Part shown: in pieces, positions 10,330-19,165 of the stretch
How the letters are laid out: each line of letters begins with the position of its first letter
Position numbering within the stretch: the first letter of the stretch is position 1
From: Candidatus Latescibacterota bacterium
Lineage (GTDB): Bacteria; Latescibacterota; UBA2968; UBA8231
Reading direction: 5' to 3'
Length of the DNA stretch: 64,000 nucleotides
Assembly (NCBI GenBank): GCA_965242865.1
Contig: CBDETK010000013.1
Span: forward strand, 2,368,001-2,432,000
Made by a program: the position numbers and the translations under genes
Notes under the pieces: model-generated
Database searches by the model: none
What the model was told of the DNA's origin: nothing
Seen by the model: the letters and a program-made list of their open reading frames with translations, nothing else

Positions 10330-10536
10330 ATGAACAAGATGAACAAAACGCTCAATCCGCCCGCGACGATTGAAGAGGGCAAATCCTATCGCATTTACTG
10401 GTCTGACGAAGACGAGTGCTTCATCGGCTATGCTCCAATGGCCGGCGGCAATTGTTGTCACGGAGATACGCCCGCGGAAGTCAAGCGGCAGTTGGAAGTC
10501 ATCATGGAGCTTTGTCGCGAGCTTGAGCCTCATTGA
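10330..10536 (+). CDS. HicB-like antitoxin, no adjacent hicA
   Basis: 'YWSDEDECFIGYAP..CCHGDTPAEV'. Confidence 0.7.
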   Translation: MNKMNKTLNPPATIEEGKSYRIYWSDEDECFIGYAPMAGGNCCHGDTPAEVKRQLEVIMELCRELEPH

Positions 10537-12341
10537 CGCGCGGCTCCAGCTCGGTTGAACAAGCCCCCGTACAGACGCTGCAACCGCTCGCGCTCGGCCG
10601 GCACGTTATCGACCGCGCGTTGGAGGACGTGCGCCGCCTGTGCCCAATCGCCCACCTGCCCGTAGAGGCGGATCATCTCCACATAGACCCGTAGCAACTT
10701 GGGATTGGCCGCCAGCGCGGCCTCGTAGCAGCGAAAGGCCCCGGCGAGGTCGCGTTGCGCGATCCGCACGTGGGCTAGGTTGAGCCACGGCTCGGCCCGC
10801 TTGGGGACTTCGCGAGTCAGCCGAGCGAAAATTTCTCCCGCGCCCGGCAAATCCCCCAGCACCCCCTTAATGCCCCCCAGATTTAACCACGCCTGCCAGT
10901 ATTCGGGATCTTTAGCTACGGAACGCTCAAACGCGGCGAGTGCCCGCTGGTTGTCGCCAGCCTCGGCGTACGCGTTGCCCAGATTGTAGTGGATCGCCGC
11001 ATCCCCCTCCAGGTCCATGGGGGTTAGGTGGCTATTGGCCGCCAACGCAAAGGCCGCACAGACCACCAGGCCCAGCCCCAAGCTGCGCCAACAGCCCGCC
11101 CGCCCCCACTGCCAAAGCGTCCACAGCCCGTAGGCGGCAAAGACCACCAGCACCGGCAGCACTGGCACCCGGTAGCGCGCCGCCACAAAAAACGCGATCA
11201 CCCCCAGACCATAACTCAGCGCGTAGAGTAGCGGCCACGTCGGCCCAACTCGCCGCACACTCAGCAGCATCCCCCACAGCGCGAGCGGGGCCACCACGCC
11301 AAAGGGAAAGGCAATGCCCGCTTTCCACAACGTCGCCGACAGCACCGTTGAGTACGCGCGCCAGAAGTAAATCGGTTGGTTGCGCCCCCGCTCGTCGCCG
11401 TGCCAAAACGCGCCCAGCTTGTACCCCATCAACCCCAGCCACTCCGTCGGAGCCTCGCGGATATAGCCCCAAGCCCGCTTGGCAAAATAAGCCGACTTGG
11501 CCGAGGGCCGCTCAATCCCCGCCCGCGCCGGTTGAGTCACCAAATCGTCCCACTCCCACCCCGGGCGGATGGCCACGGTGGCCGCATAGTCGGGATTGTT
11601 GCCGATGTACAGGTTGATGCCCGCGTTGTAGGAAATCCCCACCCCGTCGCCGCCGATGGCCCAGTTGCGCCACGCCACCGGCGCGATAGCCAAGAGCACT
11701 CCCAGCGCGAACGCGCCGGCCCAGCCCAGCCGACGCGGCGCGACCCACAGCAGGACGACGGGCACGGCGACCGCAAAGGCCAGCACCGTCGGCACGGCCA
11801 GTGCCCCGACGCCAAAGGCCGCCCCGGCCCCCAAAAACCCCCACCAACTCGGGCGACGCCAGACGCGCAAAAGCACCACTAGGGCCAGCAGATTGACGAA
11901 GGTAGCCAAACAGGCTGGTAGCAGCTCGCCGTCAAAAAAGATCAGCGGCCCGCACAGCGCCGCGCCCAGCCCAGCCATACCCCCCACGGCCGGATTGAAC
12001 AAAGCGCGCCCGATCCACCAGCTCATCGCGCAGACCAGCGCCCCGAGCAGGGCCTGCCCCAAGCGCACGGCGTAAAAAAAGGACTCGCCAGCGAGAACCT
12101 TCACCGCTCCGAGGAAGTACGGGTAGAGCGGCGGCTGCCAAAACGGCCCCTCGCCAACGCCCAACCAATGGCCCGCCGCCAAGCGCACGGCGTGATGGGT
12201 GTAGGTTTTGGCATCGACCGCCGGATGGACAAAGAGCGGACTCGCGTCCAGCTCGAAGATGTAGGCCACCCGCACGGCGAGGGCGAGGACGAAGACGAGG
12301 CCCCCGAGATATGGAGAGCGAAGGTTGGCTACTCGGAGCAT
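10530..12341 (-). CDS. GT-C/PMT-like multi-TM glycosyltransferase with C-terminal TPRs
   Basis: 'DAKTY', 'FWQPPLYPYFL', many TM helices, 'RYRVP', TPRs 'IHYNLGNAY', 'AWLNLG'. Confidence 0.85.
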   Translation of the reverse strand: MLRVANLRSPYLGGLVFVLALAVRVAYIFELDASPLFVHPAVDAKTYTHHAVRLAAGHWLGVGEGPFWQPPLYPYFLGAVKVLAGESFFYAVRLGQALLGALVCAMSWWIGRALFNPAVGGMAGLGAALCGPLIFFDGELLPACLATFVNLLALVVLLRVWRRPSWWGFLGAGAAFGVGALAVPTVLAFAVAVPVVLLWVAPRRLGWAGAFALGVLLAIAPVAWRNWAIGGDGVGISYNAGINLYIGNNPDYAATVAIRPGWEWDDLVTQPARAGIERPSAKSAYFAKRAWGYIREAPTEWLGLMGYKLGAFWHGDERGRNQPIYFWRAYSTVLSATLWKAGIAFPFGVVAPLALWGMLLSVRRVGPTWPLLYALSYGLGVIAFFVAARYRVPVLPVLVVFAAYGLWTLWQWGRAGCWRSLGLGLVVCAAFALAANSHLTPMDLEGDAAIHYNLGNAYAEAGDNQRALAAFERSVAKDPEYWQAWLNLGGIKGVLGDLPGAGEIFARLTREVPKRAEPWLNLAHVRIAQRDLAGAFRCYEAALAANPKLLRVYVEMIRLYGQVGDWAQAAHVLQRAVDNVPAERERLQRLYGGLFNRAGAARQ

Positions 12342-12378
12342 CCGGCGATCCTATATCTGCTGGACTTTACTACCTTGC

Positions 12379-12430
12379 AAGGATCGAGGGCATCTTGCCC
12401 TCGTTGAGGGCGGGACGCCCTCGATCCCGG
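12379..12430. repeat. 52-bp REP-like palindromic element, copy 2
   Basis: Inverted copy of 4646-4697. Confidence 0.85.
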
Positions 12431-12491
12431 CACAGCGGCAACACCAGAAAATGCGTGCTCAAAGTAGGTGTCGCGTACTTAGGAACGCTTC

Positions 12492-15400
12492 TTACTTGAG
12501 CAGCAGCATTTTCTGGACGGCGTGGAACTCGTCGCCCGCCTGCAAGCAGTAGAAATACAGCCCCGACGACAAGCTGTGCCCGCTATCGTCGGTCGCGTCC
12601 CACTCCACTAAGTAGCGGCCGGCGCTCTGATGCTCGGCCACTAGCGTCCGCACCGGCTGACCGACGACATTGTACACGGTCAACTGCACGTTGGCCGCTT
12701 GCGGCAGCGCGTATTGGATCGTCGTCGCCGGGTTGAACGGGTTGGGATAATTGCTCGTCAAGGCAAAGGCGGCCGGCCGCGTCTGAAGCAGCATGGCCGC
12801 ACTCGCGCCGGTCGCGTCCGTCACCGTGTAGGTATAGACGGGCGCACCCTCGGCGGTCGGCGTCCCCGAGATCGTCCGCGTGATCGGGTCAAACGACACA
12901 CCCGTCGGCAGGGCTGGCGACAGGCTATACGTCAGCGGCTCAGTACCGCCGGTGCCCGCTGGCAGCGCGAAAGCCTCTACCGGCTGGCCGACGACGAATT
13001 CGCGGATGGTCGCTCCGTCGGCAGACGCCGTGGGTACGACCTTGCCCGCGCCCAGGAACTGGCTGAGCAAATCGCCAAACGTCAACGTGGCGTTGACCGC
13101 GATGGAAAAGGTCAGCGACGCGGTGGCCCCCGTTCCGTCGGTGGCCGTATAGGTGACGTCGACCGCCTCGTCGGTGGCGTCGTCGGGCGTCCCGGAAATC
13201 GTGCGAGTGGCTGCGTCGAACGATAGCCCCGCCGGCAGCCCCGACACGCTATACGTTACGTCGCCAGACCCGCCCGTCGCTTCCGGCAGTTCCATATCGG
13301 CAATCGCCGCGCCAGCGGTGTACTCTTGGTCCGCGACCGCCATCCCGTCGGCAAAGGCGAGCGGCGTGGCTTCCGGGGGCGTCGTCGTGGCAGCCCCAGC
13401 GTCGGCCAGCGTGATTTGGGCGGAGCCGCTCGTCAAGCCTGCCGCTGAGCCGTTGAGCGTGATCGTCTCGTTGCCTTCGTTCCCTCGGTCGAACGTCGGA
13501 TTGAGCAGCAAGATCAGCGAACCGGAGGTCGCGCCGGCCGGAATGACCAGCGAGGGATTGAACACCGCCGAATAATCCCAATCGCGCCGGGCCTCCGACG
13601 CCGGATCGATCGAAATGGTGACGGGGGTGGCCTCGTCCAGCACTGTGCCGTCCAAGGTCGCCGTGACCGTCAGTTCGATCACTCCCGCGGCGTCCTCGCT
13701 TATGGTGTGCGGCGACACGGACAGCGCCAGCGCCGTACTTGGCGTCTCGTCGTCGGCGATCTGGAGGTCGGTCTGCGCCGAACCGCCGGAAGCGGCGGCC
13801 TGTACGCCAACGTACTTATGGCCATCCACCTCGGCGTTGTCGATGGGAGCGAGGGTGAGCAGCGTCCGCCCTTGGGTCTCGCCGGCGGCCATGACGACCG
13901 AGCCGCCCAGCGCGGCCGTGTAATCCGCATCGCGCACGGCCGGCGTCCCCGTGCTGGGTGCGACAATGGTGAACAGGACCGTCTCGGCTTGGGTCGCCGG
14001 CGCGGCCAACGTCGCCGTCAGGAGGATGGCGGTCGTCGCCTCGTTCTCGCGCACCGACGCATGCGTCGAAGTCAGGCTAGCGACCTTCGCCGTGGGAGCC
14101 GGAGCCGACCCGATCTCAAAGGTCAGGCTGAGGGCATCGGTGTTGACCGGGTCGGGGGCACTGTCAATGACCGTGTAGATGACCGTGGCGGTATCGACCC
14201 TCGTCGGCGTACCTGACAGTGTGCGGGTGGCCGCGTCAAACGACAGCCCGGCCGGCAGGGTCGCCGACACGCTATACGTCTTGTCGCCGATCCCGCCGGT
14301 CGCGGCCGGCAGCACGAACGGCTCAATGGCCGTGCCGACCGTGTACTCAAACACCGTCGATACCACGTCCACATCGTCTGCGAAGCGCAGGACGCCCGGG
14401 GTCGTCGGCACCGTTGGAGTCCCACCTTTCAGCGTCACCACCGTCGTGGTGACCGCGACGTCTTCGTTGTTGTCGTTTTTGACCGGGCTTTTCAGCGCGG
14501 TCAGGCCCACCTTTTTATTGCCGCCCGCGAGCGGAGTGATCGACACGGTCGTCGAGCCGCTGATCTCGCCGGCCGGGATCGTCAGCGTCCGCAGGCGCGC
14601 CGTGTAGTCGGTGTCGCGGGTGGCCGCTTTATCCGCATCATCGAGGTCGCCATCGGCATCGGTATCCAACGTGACGACCAAGACCACGTTCACGTCCTCA
14701 TCGAAACTCTTGCCGTTTACGGTGCCGGTCACCGTAACCTCATCGGCCCCCGTGCCGACCAAGAGTTCAGCCGGCCTCGCCGCCAGCCTGATCTCGGAGG
14801 TCGGCGTCTCGTCGTCCACGATGGTGATCGTCTTTCGCGCCGCCGTTTCGTCCGCGCCGACCCGGGCGACCACATCGAAACTCCACGCCTCATTCTCCAC
14901 CGAGTTATCGACCACGGTGAGGGCGAGCACCGTCCCCGCCGAGGTTCGGCCAGCCGGAATGACGAGATCGCGCAGCGACACCGCGTAATCGATGTCGCGC
15001 CGACCCGCTTGCGGTTCAATGGAAAACGACACCCGCGCATCGTCCTCCAGGGCATTCTCCAAGGTGACTCTCAGGGCGATGGTTTGCTGGCCGCCATCCT
15101 CGCGGACCGTCGCCGGGGTCGCGGTCAGCCCGTCAACCCCTTTGAAATCCGCAAGGGGATCGGCCTTGATCGCAAAGAAATGGGGCGGCACGGAAACCAA
15201 CTGGGGCAAAAGGCTTTCAATCAACCCAAACCTTTCATCCTCCACCGGGTCCGACCGACCCTTGTCATGGACGAACTCGAGCTCGGCCGCCGCGGCCTCG
15301 GCGGCCGCCTCGCTGGGCCACAGATAAAAATCAGCCCGATCGGTAGGGCGCTGGCCATCATTTGCCGGAGGTGTAATCGCCCCATCGCCGTTTAGGTCCA

Positions 15401-16532
15401 GGCCAACTCGCGCTTCCCGAATGAGGCCGGAGCACCGCCCATCAAAGTTGACATCGTGTTGGGAAGGGGGGCCGGTGGAGGTGGGAGTGCAGCCGAGCTG
15501 GGCTTCTGTGAGCTGAATGGGCCGGGGCGGACTCTGCTCGGGCTCGGTAAAAAGCCACACCGTGTCTCTTCTACTCCCATTGAGGTTCAAGTCAACGCCC
15601 TTGAAAACCGCGGTGCTCTTGAGCACGATGCGCCCCGCTTGGCCTTTGGGGTCAATGGTAATCGTCGCCTTGGCCGACGTCCTACCCCGGCGCAGGCGAA
15701 GAGACGCCGACGTCGCCGAGTACTCTGTATCGCGCGTCAGAATCGAGTCGGCAGTAACATCCCCCGGAAAATCAGCGGCATCAACGCCCGCAGCATCGAC
15801 GAAAACCAAGGGAAAGGTCTGGTCCGACCCCAGCGGACCGCCGTTCAAGGTGGCCGTCACGGTAACTTGGGTCGGCCCCGCGTCCTTGCGCAGACTGGCC
15901 GGCGAAAACGAAAGGGCCAACTCACTGCTCAGCTTTTCGTCGTCCGTGACGCGAATCTCGGCTGGCGTAACGGTCTCGTCGCCGGCAAGGCCCTCAATTT
16001 TGAGGACCAGATCGGGATAGCGTTTGGGGTAGTCGTCGTCTAAGCTCCAAGGAATGGTGAACTCGTCGTAGGTGTTGTAAAAACCGCGCTCGTCATTGTC
16101 CTTGGGCGTGAGGGTAATCGTCCCGGTGGCCTCTTTCTTGCCTTTGGGAATCACGAGCGTCGGCAGGGTGATGGCGAAGCGGCTGTTGATGTGGGTGCGG
16201 CTATTGTACCAGTCTTTCCAATCGCCCCCCGGCCGAGTCGCCTGCGTATAGTCGAACCACTCGTTAGCACCATCAGGCACAAAACGGCCATTCTCGCGAT
16301 CAAGCGTGCCGCTGCCGGGCGTGGGAGCCGGACTGGAGCCGACAACCAAGGACACCGCCGTGGTCGCCGGTGCCTTGGCGTCCATTTTGGCGGTCACGGT
16401 GATTGCCATTGTACCGCCCTCCTCGCGCACCGTAGGCTGGTCCACCGCTAGGGTAATCGCCGCGAGCGCGACGCCAGCCCACCCCAACACCAAGCTAACC
16501 GCCAGCAACGCGAAGGGCTTTACCGACGGCAT
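12492..16532 (-). CDS. Large surface protein with Calx-beta-like and putative Ig (He_PIG) repeats and FlgD-Ig C-terminus
   Basis: Signal peptide MPSVKPFALLAVSLVLG; 'ITIVDDE'/'IADDE'; three 'LPAGLSFDAATRTISGTP'-type repeats; 'NYPNPFNPAT..WDATDDSG..SSGLYFY'. Confidence 0.85.
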   Translation of the reverse strand: MPSVKPFALLAVSLVLGWAGVALAAITLAVDQPTVREEGGTMAITVTAKMDAKAPATTAVSLVVGSSPAPTPGSGTLDRENGRFVPDGANEWFDYTQATRPGGDWKDWYNSRTHINSRFAITLPTLVIPKGKKEATGTITLTPKDNDERGFYNTYDEFTIPWSLDDDYPKRYPDLVLKIEGLAGDETVTPAEIRVTDDEKLSSELALSFSPASLRKDAGPTQVTVTATLNGGPLGSDQTFPLVFVDAAGVDAADFPGDVTADSILTRDTEYSATSASLRLRRGRTSAKATITIDPKGQAGRIVLKSTAVFKGVDLNLNGSRRDTVWLFTEPEQSPPRPIQLTEAQLGCTPTSTGPPSQHDVNFDGRCSGLIREARVGLDLNGDGAITPPANDGQRPTDRADFYLWPSEAAAEAAAAELEFVHDKGRSDPVEDERFGLIESLLPQLVSVPPHFFAIKADPLADFKGVDGLTATPATVREDGGQQTIALRVTLENALEDDARVSFSIEPQAGRRDIDYAVSLRDLVIPAGRTSAGTVLALTVVDNSVENEAWSFDVVARVGADETAARKTITIVDDETPTSEIRLAARPAELLVGTGADEVTVTGTVNGKSFDEDVNVVLVVTLDTDADGDLDDADKAATRDTDYTARLRTLTIPAGEISGSTTVSITPLAGGNKKVGLTALKSPVKNDNNEDVAVTTTVVTLKGGTPTVPTTPGVLRFADDVDVVSTVFEYTVGTAIEPFVLPAATGGIGDKTYSVSATLPAGLSFDAATRTLSGTPTRVDTATVIYTVIDSAPDPVNTDALSLTFEIGSAPAPTAKVASLTSTHASVRENEATTAILLTATLAAPATQAETVLFTIVAPSTGTPAVRDADYTAALGGSVVMAAGETQGRTLLTLAPIDNAEVDGHKYVGVQAAASGGSAQTDLQIADDETPSTALALSVSPHTISEDAAGVIELTVTATLDGTVLDEATPVTISIDPASEARRDWDYSAVFNPSLVIPAGATSGSLILLLNPTFDRGNEGNETITLNGSAAGLTSGSAQITLADAGAATTTPPEATPLAFADGMAVADQEYTAGAAIADMELPEATGGSGDVTYSVSGLPAGLSFDAATRTISGTPDDATDEAVDVTYTATDGTGATASLTFSIAVNATLTFGDLLSQFLGAGKVVPTASADGATIREFVVGQPVEAFALPAGTGGTEPLTYSLSPALPTGVSFDPITRTISGTPTAEGAPVYTYTVTDATGASAAMLLQTRPAAFALTSNYPNPFNPATTIQYALPQAANVQLTVYNVVGQPVRTLVAEHQSAGRYLVEWDATDDSGHSLSSGLYFYCLQAGDEFHAVQKMLLLK

Positions 16533-16533
16533 T

Positions 16534-18594
16534 CTATTCAAGCCGCACACTAACACCTTTTGCTCGCATGGCGGGGATGTGTGTGTTGATTGATGCTGTG
16601 CTGAGGGGATTGCTTCTCAGATCCAGGACGTGTAGGTTGGTTAGTTTGGCTAACGGACCCACGTCCTCAATCTCGTTCTCCTCCAGATGCAGGAGGTCTA
16701 TGGTCAGGCCGGCCAACGGACTTATATCCGAAATAGCGTTCCTGTCCAGGGTCAGCGTTCGCAGGTTGGTCAGGCTGGCCAACGGACTTATATCCGAAAT
16801 AGCGTTCCTGTCTAGGTTCAGCCTTTTTAGGTTGGTCAGGCCGGCCAACGGACTTATATCCGAAATAGCGTTCCTGTCCAGGGTCAGCCATTTTAGGTTG
16901 GTCAGGCTGGCTAACGGACTTATATCCGAAATAGCGTTCCTGTCCAGGGTCAGCCCTTCTAGGTTGGTCAGGCCGGCCAACGGACTTATATCCGAAATAG
17001 CGATCCAACCCAGCCCCAGCCCTTTTAGGTTGGTCAGGCTGGCTAACGGACTTATATCCGAAATAGCGGCCCTGTTCAGGGTCAGCCCTTCTAGGTTGGT
17101 CAGGCCAGCCAACGGACTTATATCCGAAAGATTATAGTTCGACATCAGGTTCAGCGCTCGCAGGTTGGTCAGGTCGGCTAACGGACTTATATCCAAAATA
17201 TCGTTAGCCGACAGGTCCAGCGCTCGCAGGTTGGTCAGGCCGGCCAACGGACTTATATCCGAAAGCTTAAAGTTCGCAAGCAGGTTCAGCGTCCGCAGGT
17301 TGGTCAGGCCGGCCAACGGGCTTATATCCAAAATATCGTTATTTCTCAGGTTCAGCGTTCGCAGGTTGGTCAGGCCGGCCAACGGACTTATATCCGAAAG
17401 CTCGTTCGCATGCAGAACCAGCGTTTCTAGGTTGGTCAGGCCGGCCAACGGACTTATATCCGGAAGCTCGTGCCAGTACAGATATAGCTCTCGTAGCGCC
17501 GTCGCGTGTTCAAGGCCGGCCAAGCTCCGAATGTCATCGGGCGATGATCGACGCGATCCTGACGCTCGGAGCACGGTCAAGCGAGCCAGATCCGCCGGGT
17601 AAAGGGGCTGCCCTTGCGTGAGCCCCAGCACCTCCCGCACCGCCGCCGCCAGATTGGCGTCGGCGAACTCAACGGCTACCGCTTCTGGGTCCGCTTCCCT
17701 TTCTATCACAACGGTTGCCGCGCCCGGGCCCTCTTCTTCCCTTTCGAAGACGTCCGTGTCGTCCGTGCCCACCCAGTACAAGTTGGGCAGGCTATACACC
17801 GGATTCATGTCCGCAATCTCGTTATTCCCTAGCTGCAGCCATCGCAGGTTAGTCAGGCTGGCTAACGGACTCACGTCCGTAATTTTGTTCCCCCACAGCG
17901 ACAGCGTGCGCAGGTTGGTCAGGCTCGCCAACGGACGCACGTCCGCAACCTCGTTCCCCCACAGCGACAGCTTCTGCAGGTTAGTCAGGCTCGCCAACGG
18001 ACGCACGTCCGTAATCTCGTTGCCCTGTAGCTCTAGCACTTGCAGTGCCGTCGCGTGTTCGAGGCCGGCCAAGCTCTCAATGTTTTTATAGCTCGCGTCG
18101 AGGTAGGTCAGGGACGCCAGATCGACCGCGGTAAGAGGCTGCCCGTCCGGGATATCTAGGGCCTCCCGCACCGCCGCCGCCAGATTGGCGTCAGCGAACA
18201 CAATAGCGTCGTTGGTTTCGGCTGGAGTGCTATCGGTTTCGCCGTCGGTCTCGCCATCGGTCTCGCCATCGGTTTCGTTGTCGGTCTCGCCATCGGTCTC
18301 GGGGCTATCGGGGTTTTCTATCGGCCCCTGCCCGCCCGCTTGGGTGCTATCGGCGACGGTCTGGGTACTATCGGTGTCGGTGGTCTGAGTGCTATCGGGG
18401 CTTTCTATCGGCTCCTGCCCGTCAGCCGCGATGTAGGTCTCGTCGTCCAAGAATTCGCACAAGGCACAGGTGGCTTTGCCTGCAGAACGAGAGGCCACCG
18501 GCGAGGAGGTCCGATCCGAGCAGCCCATCCAAGCCCCGACGACGCCCAAAAGGACGAACCCAAACAGGGTTTTTATCGATTTCAGCAGTGACAT
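16534..18594 (-). CDS. Internalin-like LRR lipoprotein
   Basis: Lipobox WMGC; two 'FADANLAAAVRE' caps; about 20 22-aa LRRs (L..L.L..N.ISDISPLA.LTN); RBS AAGGAG. Confidence 0.9.
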   Translation of the reverse strand: MSLLKSIKTLFGFVLLGVVGAWMGCSDRTSSPVASRSAGKATCALCEFLDDETYIAADGQEPIESPDSTQTTDTDSTQTVADSTQAGGQGPIENPDSPETDGETDNETDGETDGETDGETDSTPAETNDAIVFADANLAAAVREALDIPDGQPLTAVDLASLTYLDASYKNIESLAGLEHATALQVLELQGNEITDVRPLASLTNLQKLSLWGNEVADVRPLASLTNLRTLSLWGNKITDVSPLASLTNLRWLQLGNNEIADMNPVYSLPNLYWVGTDDTDVFEREEEGPGAATVVIEREADPEAVAVEFADANLAAAVREVLGLTQGQPLYPADLARLTVLRASGSRRSSPDDIRSLAGLEHATALRELYLYWHELPDISPLAGLTNLETLVLHANELSDISPLAGLTNLRTLNLRNNDILDISPLAGLTNLRTLNLLANFKLSDISPLAGLTNLRALDLSANDILDISPLADLTNLRALNLMSNYNLSDISPLAGLTNLEGLTLNRAAISDISPLASLTNLKGLGLGWIAISDISPLAGLTNLEGLTLDRNAISDISPLASLTNLKWLTLDRNAISDISPLAGLTNLKRLNLDRNAISDISPLASLTNLRTLTLDRNAISDISPLAGLTIDLLHLEENEIEDVGPLAKLTNLHVLDLRSNPLSTASINTHIPAMRAKGVSVRLE
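16700..17465. repeat. About 12 tandem 66/69-bp LRR-coding repeats
   Basis: Recurrent AGGTTGGTCAGGCCGGCCAACGGACTTATATCC core. Confidence 0.9.
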
Positions 18595-18813
18595 TTTATG
18601 CTCCTTATGGATAGAGGGTAGAAGAAAGGCTCCGTACGCGACAGTACCGGCCAGCCTTCCAAGGATTGAGATTGATAATCGATCCTAGACAAATGACTAA
18701 TGGTTTGGGGTAGTCGTTGTCAAGGAACCAAAGAATGATGAATCGCCGCGCATCAGCGCAACGATCATCCAGCCTTTGAGTGAGGCGAAAAGATCGTAGT
18801 CTAACGAAAAAAT

Positions 18814-18862
18814 GGGGGGGGGGGGGGGGGGGGGGTAACTGCTTGTCTTTCAACGACTTACG
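18814..18862 (-). promoter_or_regulatory. TAA-N4-TTG-N5-CAA-N4-TTA palindrome plus C22 tract upstream of the LRR operon
   Basis: G22 at 18814-18835 and palindrome at 18836-18860; same architecture at 23581-23619. Confidence 0.6.
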
Positions 18863-19165
18863 GCATTCATTGAAGGTAAAATATCGGCACTGGCAGGACG
18901 AGGGGGGCGGCGCGGCAGGCTGGGCCAGCGGCAACGGCATCGCCAATGTGGAGTGGTTTCTCATCGTCTAATCCATCCGACAAGCGGAACCTTCAGGGCT
19001 ACCAGTCAAGCTCAATGAAACGCCAAAGAAATCGTTTTGTCAAGAACTCGTCTCGGCCAGCCCCGCTCGTTTCGCTGGCCTTGACCCGCTCGGCAACCGA
19101 CTCAACGAGCACGACGAGCAGCGCATCCGGTTGAAGGAAGGCAAAAGGCGATTTTCACCGATTAG

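Noticed and set aside
16700-17465. Constant/variable 66-bp periodicity resembling CRISPR repeat-spacer
   Set aside because: Fully explained by 22-aa LRR coding; the variable parts are homologous to each other.
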